Shown here: one piece after another, positions 48,899 through 60,900 of the stretch
How the letters are laid out: each line of letters opens with the position of its first letter
Position numbering within the stretch: the first letter of the stretch is position 1
NCBI RefSeq assembly: GCF_009834535.1
Contig: NC_045696.1
Span: forward strand, 744,001-808,000
Direction: 5' to 3'
Length of the DNA: 64,000 bases
From: Camelus ferus
Lineage: Eukaryota
Made by a program: the position numbers and the translations under genes
Notes under the pieces: model-generated
What the model saw: the letters and a program-made list of their open reading frames with translations, nothing else
Told to the model about the DNA's origin: nothing
Database searches by the model: none

Positions 48899-49569
48899 GG
48901 AAGGACTCAAGCAAAAAAACAAAAAAAGAAATCCTCATGGTGATTCGGGAGTGAGGATCAGGAGGAAGGTGGGCCCCCAGAGCAGGGCTCAGGTGGGAAC
49001 CCCTGCCCGTGGGGAGCCCTCTGGGAGTCAGTCCCAGGCCAGGAGGGGCCTCCAGCAGCAACACTTGGGGGCTGCGAGCACTCCCGGGGGTCTCCAAGAA
49101 GGACTGTCGCCCCAACTCCCAGAACCCCCAGGAGGGTGGTGCAGAGGCGAGATTCAAGTCTGGGAAAGGAGACCTGCCCACTGGTGTCCCAGTGCTCACC
49201 TGGCCTTACTGCGGAGACAGAGCACAGAGGCCTCAGCGCAGAAGTCACTGTGGTGTTGTGTGCCACCTCCCAGGGCCTGATTTAGGACCCAGGTGGTCCT
49301 AGAAGCTGCATTTTAAGGTTTTCCAGACTCCTCTTGAGCAAAGCCATGTTTGGGAACCACTGGTCCTATTCCCACCCCAACTCTTCCCCTCTCTGCCCGT
49401 TAGCAATTCTGGGAGGCTGCCAGTAGTAGGACCCATGCAGCCACACAACCCAGGGTCCGCATGTTTTGTCTGTGAAGGACTCGGGAGGACGCAGTGAGCG
49501 GGTGGGCAGACTGGGAGGTGATGGGTGAGGACCTGGAGGCCACGCCTCCTTCCACCAGCCGAATCATGT

Positions 49570-51900
49570 TACATGTGATGTGATACCTGGGCAGCCACTG
49601 AAAAGTTACACAAAGGGTAACTCAAAAGCACTGTCAATAAATCACAATGGAATTATAAAAAATGTTGAGTAACACACAGGAAGGCAGGAAATAAGAACAG
49701 AGAAACAAAACACAAGGAGAACAAACAGAAAACAAAACATGATACAAGTTCCTACTGTACAGCACAGGGAACTAGATTCAGTATCTTGTAGCAACCTACA
49801 GTGAAAAAGAATATGAAAATGAAAAAAAAAAAAAGAAAAAAGATGAAATAGCAAACTTAAGTCCTAACATCTCAACTAATTACATTAAAGGTAAACAGTC
49901 TAAATCCACCGATTAAAGAACAGAGACTGGCAGAGTGGGTTAGGAAAAATGGCTCAACCATATGCTGTCGACAGGAAACACTTCAAGCAGAAAGATGTGA
50001 GCAGACTGAAGATGAACTCATGGGAAAAGCTGTTTCGTGCGACCACTGATGGGAAGAGCACGGGAGCGGCTGCCTTAGTATCAGGTGGGGCTGACTTCAG
50101 AGCAGGGACAGTGAGCGAAGGCGGAGAGGGACACCGTACCATGGTGACAGTCCATGAGGAAGCAAGAGCAAGCCTGGGAGTGTGTGACTCAGACACTGGA
50201 CAGCAAAACAGGTGAAGCACAAATGCACAGGGCTGAAAGGGGAAGTGTGCAAATCCAGTCTCAGCTGAAGCCTTCAGCGCCCGTCTCAGCAACGGGATGG
50301 ACAGCCAGACGGAAAGCCGGCGGGACACAGAAGGAGCCACCGCCCGTCAGTCACCGGGGCCTTGTCAGCACTCAGAGCACCTCTGGCGTCAGCAGAAGCC
50401 CCATTCCTCTCAAGCACCCCCGAGACAGACACCAGTGCAGACCTGCATCCTCGGCCATAAAACAAGACTCAGCACATTTAACACAATCGAAATCGCACGT
50501 GTTCTCTGACCACTAATGAACCAAACTGGAAATAATAACAGAAATAACAGAAAAATCTCCAAGCACTTGGAAACTAAAACACCCATTTAAACAATCCTCT
50601 GGTCAAAGACGAAATCTCAAGGGTCATAACAAATACATTAACCTGAACAAAAATTAAAATACAAATTTGGGACACCACTAACGCAGTGCATAGAGGGAGT
50701 TTGTAGCACAAAATACATATATTAGGAAGGAGAAAGAGAATCTGGAAAAAGAGGAACAAAATAAATCCAAGCAAACAGAAGGAAGGAAATAAAAACATAA
50801 TTAAAATTGGAAATAGAAAAACTAGAGAAAAATCAATGGAATAAAGAGCTGATTCTTTGGAAAGATCAATGAAGCTGACAAACCCCTTGCAGGACTGACA
50901 AAGAGAGAAGAAGAACAAAAAGCAACAGAAGGAACGAAACGGCAGCACCGCTGAGCGCTGTGTCCGCCAAGCGGCGAGAAGGAGACGCTGAGCACAGCTC
51001 TGCACAAACGCACCGACTCCCACAGACGGACCTGCTCCTTGAAAAGACAAAGCACCACAACCTACCCATGTGAAGCTGATGATTCCAACAGCCCTTCAGA
51101 GCTGTTAAGGAAACTGAATTCATAATTTTAAAATTCCTCCAAAACAATGGCTTCCCCCAGACTCAGATGGTTTCGCTGGAGAAGTCTACCAACAGTTTTA
51201 AGAAGAATTAATACCAGTTCTAATCTCCTCCAAAAACTGTAAGTAAGAGAAACAGTTTCCAATTCATTTTATGAAACTAGTATTCGCTTGATACAAAAAT
51301 CAGTACAAAAGATGGTACAGAAGAGAATAAAAAACTGCCCTCAAGAATATTGGTGCAAAAACCCTTTAAAAACATTAGCAAATCGAATCCTTTGCTATAT
51401 GGTAAGAATTATACACTGTCCACTCTCCCAGTGATGCAAGGCTGGCAGTCAAAAATCATCGCATGTAATCAGTCCCTTCCACAGACTGAAGAGCAAACAT
51501 CGCACGGTCACACTGACGCACAGAGAGGCACCCGACAAAACCCAACACCCGCTCAGGGGAAAGCTCTCAGGAGAAACCCAGGGACAGAAGAGGACTTCTT
51601 AAGCCTGGTAAGGGGCAGCTACAGAAAGACCCCCATCGGCCCTCCACACAGCTCGAGCCCCTCCCCTCAGGAGGCAGAAGCAGGCGGGGGGTCGCCCCTC
51701 ACCGCCACTACTCAGCGCTAGGCCTGGAGCTCCCCCGCGGAGCGGCGGGGAGGGAGCGGAGAGGTGCCCGGAGCAGGAGGGAGAAGACAAAAGCAACCTC
51801 CGCAACGCCGACAGGAAAGCCGTGGGAGCAGACCTAACAGAATGCGCAGGGCCTCCGTGCTGAGAACCACAAAGTGCGGATGGAAGAGACGAAAGAAACC
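49570..51900 (+). mobile_element. Old L1 ORF2 remnant containing a short younger L1 3' fragment (about 49742-49835)
   Basis: attacattaaaggtaaacagtctaaatccaccgattaaa..., gatggtttcgctggagaagtctaccaa.... The inserted piece cctactgtacagcacagggaactag matches 2684-2708 and ends in poly(A). Confidence 0.85.
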
Positions 51901-51909
51901 CATGGTCTG

Positions 51910-54900
51910 CGCCCCATTTCTGTAAATCCTGTCATTTCAAGAACGCTCTGTACGTGGAGTCCAGCAGGGTGTGTGCAACCTGGGGACTGGCCTCTCTCCC
52001 TCGCCCGATTCCCTGGAGGCGTGCCAGTTGCCGAGAGCATCCTTCTCCTTTGCTTTCTGTTTCTTTGGGTTCGGGCTTCGGTAACTGGAGGGATTTCCCG
52101 CGTCAGCAGCTCATGCCTGAGGTTCCTCTGGAGGTGCTGCCCTGCGTGTGTCCGACACACGTAGACATGTGCTTTTATCACGTGTTTAGTTCCTAATATT
52201 CCAAAATATGTCCTGAATTCCCTTGGTGCCTCCTCTTTGACCAGCACATTACTTAGAGGTCTGTGTTTCAGCTTTCAAGTATTTGGAAACCTTTGTTACC
52301 TATGGTTACTAACTTCTAGTTTAACTTCATGCTGGTCAGAATATGTACTTTCTGTGACGTCGACTGTGTTAAACTCATTGGGTGTTATTTCTCACCCAGA
52401 ATGTGGTCCACCTGGGGTCACCCTGCGTGCCCGCAAACATGTCCCCAGGGCGCTGGGTGTCTGCAAGGACCGTCAGAGCCGCTGGTGGGCTGTGCTTGTC
52501 CGGGTGTCTCAGCCCGGACGACGGCCCCGTCCCCTCGGGCACCGGGTGGAGCTGAGACCTCCATACAGTCACGCACTTGTCCGTCTCTCCCCAGCGTCAG
52601 GTTTTGTTCCCAGTGTTGTGAGGCTCTGCTATGCGACGTGTGCACACCTGGGGCTGACGTGTCTTCCTGGCGAACGATGGTTTCATGTTCACGCAAGGTC
52701 CTTCCTCACCCTGGTCCTCGTCCTCGTCCTGAAGTCTACTTCATCTGGTGTTCATGTGGCCACCAGTGTTCACGTGACACGTCCTTCTCTGTCCTTTAAC
52801 CTTTAACCTGACATGAGTATTACATTTCACGCTGCCTTGCTGGCTGCACACAGACAACTCTGGCTTTTTTTTTTCATTCTGATCATCTCTTACTTTTAAT
52901 TGGTCTGTTTACACAATTTACTTTTTATCTTTGCAGATTTAATAACTGTCAACTCTAACGTCTGTGTATGTGTACTATACATGTGTGCACAATTCTGAAA
53001 TAATTTTAGACCCATGAGCGGCTGCAAAGATAACACAGCTGCTGTGGCCCTTCACGTGGCTTCCATGTCGTGTGTCCGCAGCGCAGCACGACCCAGGGCT
53101 GCCGTATCCACAGGCACCTTTCTCGGTGCACAGGTCCACGAAACCTGATCACATGTACAGATCTCCCAAACCACCCACACGAGCAGGATCTCTGCGGCTG
53201 AGCTCTGAGGGCCACCCGCTGCAGTCAGTCACTCTCCCTCACCCACCCTGGTCCACACCACAGTTCTGTCAGCTCCAGAACGTCACACACACCCAATCAA
53301 ACGAACGTGCTCAGCACAACCATGCTCTGGTGATCTTGAACCCAAGTTGCTGCACGGAGTGGAAGTCTGCTGGTCTCTGTCCCGGCAGCGTCCCACTGCG
53401 GCTGCCCCACAGTTTGTGTACCCACTTACCCGGGGAAGGACAGCCGGGGTGACTCCCGATTTGGTGGATTACAAATGAAGCAGCTGGCGACAACAGAGTG
53501 TGCGTGCTGTGTGAGCACACTGGCATTTTTCTGTGGCTCACACCCAGGACTGTGGATACTGTCGCACGTTAAGTCTAAGTCTAATTTCATAAGAAACTGG
53601 CAAACCACTGGCCAGAGCGGAGGCACGGTTTCCCATCCCCAGGGGTGGCCAGCGCCCCGCTGCAGCCGTTGCAGCAAGCGGCCGTGACGTCTCCTGGTGG
53701 CCGAATTTGCCTTCTCCCAACAGCTAGCGACGCTGAATGCCTGTTTAGGTGCGTGCGTGCCCCCCGCCCATCTGTCCTGTCCGGAGAAGGGTGTTCAGCC
53801 CTTCTGCCCATATTCTAAGCGGCTGTCTTGTTTTCTCACCGTGGAGATCGCTGTGGATATGGCCCTTTGCTGGGCGTGCGAGGCTCGGGTTTCTTTTCAC
53901 ATCTTAACAGAGCCTTTCATGAAGCCAATGCTGCTAACTGTGATGAAGCACCAGCTCTCAGTTTTATCTCTTATGACTTTGGTTTAAACTTTTCCTCTTT
54001 GCTGAATGGGCCTCTTTCTCCTGTATTTTCTCCTAAGCAGGGCATCATCGCAGATTTTACATTCAGGTATCTGATCCGTTTTGCGTCGATCGTGGCTCAG
54101 GTGAGACGATTAAGTCGAGGTGGTTTTGTTTTGTTGTTTTGTTTCGTGCATTACCCAACCGATTCAACACCATGTTTTGAAAAGACTGCCCTTTCTGTAT
54201 TAAACTATTCTGTCACCTTTGTTAAAAATCAGCTGTCCCCACGTGTGTGGCTGTGGTCTGGACCCTACCCTGTTTGGTTTATTAAGTGCCCATGTATCTG
54301 CCAATTCCACAGTGTCCATTTCACGGCAGCATTATGTGACTTAAAATTATTCCAACTGTATTTGTTTTCAAAACTCTCCTTTGTGGTCTCATGTAAATTG
54401 AAAAACCATCGTTTGCATCCACGAGCACGCCGGCTGGGGCCTGGACAGGACCCGCGTGGACCCTGCATTGGGGAAGCGCTGGTCCCGCTGTTGTGTGGGG
54501 GTCCCGCCCTGCAGACGCAGAGGCCTCGGATTCGGGCCTTTGCTTTCTCTCATCGGCACGCTCTAGACTTCAGCACACAAATCGCGTGCATATTCAGTTA
54601 GACACAGCGAGCACATACCGCTCTGGAGCTCCTGTGTACGGCGTGTTTTGAATTCTGGTCACTGGTTTTTGTATGCAGACCTTGCATTCTCAGCAACAAA
54701 CCTGCCCACTAGTTCCAGGGTTTCTTTGCAGCCCTAATGGGATTTGCGACGTAGACGTGTCACTTACAAATAGGGACAGGTTTCTTTCTTGCTTTCCAAT
54801 CTGCATGCCTTCTCTTCTCGACTTGCTAGGCTGGCTATAACCTGTGTCCTCTGCACAGCAGGGGTGCTGAGAGCGGATCTCGTCGACGACGGGGGGGGGG

Positions 54901-54950
54901 GGGGGGGCACCAGCCCTTCGCCATTAACCAGGATGCTGGCTGGTAGGCGA
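51910..54950 (-). mobile_element. Several old antisense L1 fragments (3' UTR and ORF2 pieces)
   Basis: L1 antisense text, e.g. ttcaacaccatgttttgaaaagactg...cacctttgttaaaaatcag, and aagaaactggcaaaccact. Confidence 0.7.
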
Positions 54951-57900
54951 AGCTTCCTGCTTTACTTAGGACCAAAACCTCATTTGTTCTTTTATATTGA
55001 TTAAAAGGGCAAAATTTATTTCTAACCAGTACTTAGTTAAATGCTGATAAAACAGATTTCCCAATCATTATTTTTTAAAGGAATATTCAAATCAAAAGAA
55101 TTGTAGTAAAATAAATTTCATCACAGTGAGATGTGCAGCTATGACAGCAGCTGCAGCGACAAACAGCGCGCACGGCGCACAGGCTCTCACTGACACCGGC
55201 CCCGCTGCCCGAGCGCGGGGGGGGAGGGGTCCAAGCTGAAGGGCAACGAGCTGCTTCCAGGGCCCACGCTCCTGACCGCCAGATGGCTAAACTCTACTTC
55301 ACGCCAGTCACACGTGAACCAGTGAGAGCGTCTGTTTCAGACTCAAAGGGAAGAGGCCCGTGTGTGAACGCGGCGTGCAATGTCCGGGGCGCAGGCATTT
55401 CTCGGGGGGGGGGGGGCGGGGGCGGGGAAGCGGACTTCACAGTGCTGTGAAAGCGCCTTTACAGCTGTCTGTGGAGCTGTCACACAACCCCCTCCCTCGG
55501 ATGCGCCGGCCTGCTCTCTCCAACACGACCTCTCTCGCCCAGAGACGGGGGCTGAAGTCCTGCCAGCAACCGCCATCCGAGGCCACGTGAGGCTGCAGCA
55601 AGCAGCTCCGCAGTGGCCCGCTGGCTGCGCTGTGTCCAGGGCGCACCCAGGGCCTCAGCTGTGCCAGGCAGAGGACGGGGAAGGGACCTCGGGGGACGCG
55701 CACGCACTTGATTTATCCTGTTTAACAGCTCGGTGCCCCGGCAGCTGCAGGAGTTAGGACAGCAGAGGCCCAGGGAGCGCCTCCCTCCCCTGTGCTCCCA
55801 GAGAGAGAGATGCAGCTTGCGTCCTTGAGGCCGGGGAGGGAGAGGAGCTTCTGCAGGGAAACGCTCTTGCTGGTCACGGTGAATGTTAGAAAGACGCGCA
55901 GGGCCGACTTCACACAAGCTGACTTCAGTGAGTACCGCACAAGGCCTGCGGGCTTGTCACTCAAGTGTCCAGACGGACAAGCGTCCAGACAGACGAGAGT
56001 CCTGGGCTGGGCAGCCGGCAGCTGGCTCACCTCCCTCCCTGCCCCACAGGCTGCGCGCAGAGCGTGGGGCTTCTCTCTCTGGCAGGCGCGGGCTTCACCG
56101 GGGGGGGGCGAGGGTCCTGTCCTACATCTGGGAGTGCGCCCAGGGGCTAGGGTGTCATCTACGCCAGGAAGTGCGGCTTACAAAAGTTCCAACCGTTTCA
56201 AACACCTGTTTCAGAATGAATAACATCTCTGCTACGGAGATGGCAGGACTCCCTGGGGCCTGACCCCTACCCCCACAGAGCGACCTGGGAGTGGACTTGA
56301 TGCTCCCGAGGCCAGCGGTCATGGAGCCCCGACGTCTCTGGCTCCAGCATCTGCACACACTTTATCTTCCCCAGACCCTCCGGCCACAGCGGGAGGCCAA
56401 GCATGGCAGGGACATGCAATTTAACCTCAGTTCCTACCAGGTGCCTGCGCTGGGGGCACAGGACGGAGGAGCAGCCATCGCCCTCCAGCGCCCAAGCTGG
56501 TGGAGAAATAGGGCTGCAGGCCGTCCAAAAGGCCGAGTCAACACTCAACCCCTCCTTCACCCCCAAGACGTGCTCTCCAGGAAGGTCAGAGAGCCCAGAG
56601 TTCAGAAGCGAAAGAGAGATTCTTACGGCCTCAGGGTCAAGGAGACGTGAAAGGGAAAAGGGCCTGGATGTGAGGCGACAGGAACGAGGGTGGGCAAGTC
56701 TGGTCAGGAGACGTGGGAGAGAAGGGCGGACACACAGAGCCATCCTCCTCGGGCCTGATGGACCTGCCCTCTGCCGGCCCCCGTCCATGAACACAGAGTT
56801 TTCTGATGCCATGCGACCTGGCCAGTGCAGCCTGAGGGAGGCTGGTGGGGAGGGGGCAGCAGGGACAGAGTCGACCCCACCATCTGCTCTCAAAGGTGCC
56901 TATGTGTCTGTCACTGGGACCTGACCGACTACACGTGTGTGTGCTGGGCGCCCCCCAGGACACCACGATGAGCCAGGTGTGCAGTACCGGGGAGGGGGTC
57001 CAGGCGGAGCTGCCCCCAGCCCCCAAGGCAGGCACAGCCACCTTCCTGCACGCGGCCCGCACCTCCCTGGGGAATCTGGTCCCGCCCGTGAGGCTGGCCA
57101 CCCGTGCTGTGAGCCAGCGCTGCCAGCTTCCGATCAGCTAGAAGTTCTGAATCAAATACTAACAGACAGAATCAGCAACGTTGGAAGACTAATAATGCAC
57201 AGCACCTCACCGAGGTTCATCCCTGGAACAGGTGGGTAATTTAATGCCGGGAACTCTGTCCACGCGATGAACAAATGAAAGGAGAAACCCAATTATCACA
57301 CAAAAAGTAACAATACGATGTGTTCTGTGTGCCAGGCACAGTCCTCCCCACAGCCCCGCGGAGGCCCCACCCCACGTCACAGGTGGGGGCGCGGGGCAGG
57401 GGGCGCGGGGCAGGGGGCAGAGGCGGGGAGCTGCGACCTCACAGCAGGGACGTGGGGAACGGGGCTCAGCCCGAGGACCTTCACGCTGCAGGTGCTGGGA
57501 GGCACTGCTCACACCTGTGCGGCCGTCCCTGGTCAAAGTGGGCAGACAAAACACCTCAAGTAAGGTCAAGGTCAGTGACCCCAGAAAGCGAAGCACTGGT
57601 TTTAAGCCCATGCCTTGGGGACCATTTTGTACTAGGGGGTTCCAGCTTTTTATAACAAAGGGCCATAGATGGTAATTTATACCAAGAAAAATGGGAATCA
57701 GAGAATGATTTTAGATAACCACGACACAAGACACTTCTGAGGAGAACTAAAACGCAGCGCTCAGGAAGGAAAAGGCAGGTGGGGGCTGCCTCTGCTCCCT
57801 CAGGGCGCCCGTCACAGGCAGGAGCACACTCCTTCCCTTATTAACGTGGGGCCCGGAAAGAGACCTCAGCCCCCGCTCCTGCGCCTGCTGGGGGGCGGCC

Positions 57901-60900
57901 CTGGGTGCAGGCTTGCGCCCTGGGCAGGAGGTGTGGCTGAGTCCGTCCAGGATCACCCGGAAAAAGCCCCCAGAGAAGTGCTCCAGAGCCGCCCTTCCTC
58001 TCTGGACCAGTGCTTTGGGGGGGGGGGGGCCCGTCCTGGGAATCCCGCCTCCCACGAGCTTATTCGAGGAGGCCGCCCCCCACCCCTACGACCCTGCTCG
58101 GGGCGGCCCCCACTCCTTCTGCAGTGCTGCCTGGAGGGCAGGCAGGGGGAGTCCCGGGGGGGCGGGAGCAGAGCTGGTGGAGGGCGGCCTCAGGCCCCGC
58201 TGACAGGGGAATCTGCGTCCTGGAGGGACGCTGACGGCAGGAGGCAGGAGGCCTGGGGAGAGAAGGCCCAGAAACACGAGGAAGCGGCCCTCCCAGGAGC
58301 CGGGCCCCCTCCCAGGTGGTGTCTTCACAGGGATGCCCAGGTGAGGGTGCCCCAGGTGAGGGCAATGGGGTCCTCTTGTCCAGATGGCGGCTTCTCTGCC
58401 CTGAAGGGACACAGGTTCCCCAGGCCTCCAGACAGAAGCAGCACCACGGGCAGAATCGCCCCTGCGAGGCCCCCGCCCCCAGCAGATGCTCCCAGGATCT
58501 AATCCCCCAGCTTCGATCCTCCACCACCCGTTAATCCCGCAAGCAGTGCACAGCCAGTGGGAGTCCCTCCCTAGAAGCCTGGGTGTATTCCCCTGAGCGT
58601 GTGCCCGGGGGTGGGGGGGCACTGGCCGGGGAGGGCACGCGGGCTTGGGTCCCCACCTCCCCAGACGCACAATGGCAGATCTGTCTGGGCACAAAGCACG
58701 CAGGTAACCTGGCAGAACAACCGAGTGGGGCCTAGTTTCCCAACCTGGTCCTGCCGCGTTCTGCGGGGAAGAAGCGGTCACAGGGCTCCACGAGACGAGG
58801 ACGTGTGGCGGCAGGACCAGAAACTGCGGTGGGGTCTCCCGGTTTCCTCAGCACCCGGCCGGGGCGGGGGCTGCCCTGGGGCAGGGGACGGGGTGGGGGC
58901 GTGGGCAAGCCTCTGTGCCAGGCGGTCGGCTGGCAGGCGCTGTGCACACAGCCAGGGTTCAGGCTGGGCAGGAGGACAGGCGCTCTGGAGCCCAGGTGTC
59001 ACCAGCTGACACCAGCTGTCCAGGCACCCTCGTGCCCCCACTGCAGGCTCTGGGGCAATTTAATTTAAACCTCAGAAAGTCGAAGAAACAAGTTTCTTGG
59101 TCACCCAGACAAGTGACTTTTAAAAGATTTGTTTGTAATAACAGCGGAATCCTTTTAAAAACCTAAAAAAACAGAATAAAAGGGGAAAACAGAGGGTGGC
59201 AGAGTGGCCCCTGCTGAGGGGCAAGTTGGGGGGGCGACCCGCGCAGCTGGGACACCGGACCCCAGGGGCCCTGAGGAGCCTGCCTCAGTGCAGCCCTGAA
59301 CCCCACCCCCAGCCCCCGGGAGGGTCGCCATCGCTGGGCCTGGTGAGCATCTCTAGACGGACACCCAGGACCTTTGGTTTTGCATCAATGCGACAGCACG
59401 TGTTCTCGACTGGACTTCATGGTGCGGAGGGGGAGGCTGTGAAGCAGGCACATCTTAAATCACAGCTGCCAGGGGTGTGGCCGCCACCCACGAGGGACAA
59501 CCCGCGTCGGGGCTGAGCCCGGCCAGACCAGCGCGCGGCCCTCCTGTGCCCAACACGCACTTTGGGGGAGGCATCCCCCCTCCCCAGTGCCGACCCTGAG
59601 GTCGCCTGAGCTCCATGTCTGCCCTCCCTGTGTTGATGGGGCTCCACCCGTGAACACAGTCACACGAGGCTGACCCTTCTGTCACTGGGCATCGGCCCAG
59701 TTCGGGGTGAGGACCGCGTTCAGCCCCATGGGGACGTGGCCCTGGGGGGCTGTCCTCCCCGGCCCGCCGCCCTCAGGCCTGCAGCGCGCCCGGCTCCTCC
59801 CTCAGGCACGACTCCGCGCTGTCCTGCTCCCCCAGCGCTGCCCGCTTACTGTGGCCGCCTGTCCTGTCCTGGTCCCGGCGTGGCTGGCCGCGGGCTGTTG
59901 CCCAGCTGCTGCTGCTGCTGCCGCAACCCCAGGTGCCCGGCCGCTCTCAGGCGTGTGACTCCGTCTGCGCCTGCGGGACGTGTGCCTGCTGAGGGCCGGG
60001 CCCGGAAAAGACCGTCCGTCTTCCATGAACCTTTCAGCTCGTTACCTGGTCTCGGGGACATCTGTGTTTGGTGTCCGGCTTTTTAAAATAAATACCCGAT
60101 GGACCCAACACCATTTGTTAAATAGTCCCTCTGCTCCCACTGATTCAAACACCGCATTTATTAAAGTGAACAAAACAGAACCCCCCCCCAAGACGTGTCT
60201 CCTCCACGTTGGTTGCTGAGGCTCTGCGGCTCGCCCAGCAGTGGGTTCTGAGACAGGCTGCCCTTCCTCTCCTTTCCTGCCTTCTTCTGGATTGTTTTGA
60301 ATGATGCACCCCTCCCCCCGCCCCCAGCACCTCAGTGTGGGGGCCGCACGCTCAGGAGTGAGACCCTCCTCAGGAGAAGGGCCTCTGTCTCTCTGGGCTC
60401 CGCATCTGCTCCCGGCTGTCCCGAGTTGCCTGGACACGACAGTGCCCTGCGTCCCCGGCATCCTGTCCTCCTACCCCGACCGCCCGGCAGAAGGCCCGGG
60501 GCCACCCTTCCCGGCCCCTCTCCCCGCCCCTCCTCCAGCCCCTTCCCTTCGGGCTTCTGTGGGGCGCTGGGCTGGCAGTGGGGCGCTGGGCGCTGTCAGC
60601 AATGCCATTAGCAGTGGGGTCTCCAGGCAGAAAGGGCACTGACGGAGCAGCCTGTGGCCAACTCAAAAGAGACGCTGAGGTGCCCGGGTCACACGTGTGT
60701 CAAACTTGAAACACACCACGAGGCTCCCATGGTCCAGCTTCACGTCTGACCTGAGGCACAGGTGCCGGCTGGGACCCTCTTATCCCAACTCGGCCCCGCA
60801 CGCCTGTGTGCGGTGCCCGTGGCTCTCGCACTCATACAGACACCAGTGCCACCCCGAAGGTCTCGGGGATCACGGAAGGAGCCCCAGCCCGGAGTTCGGC

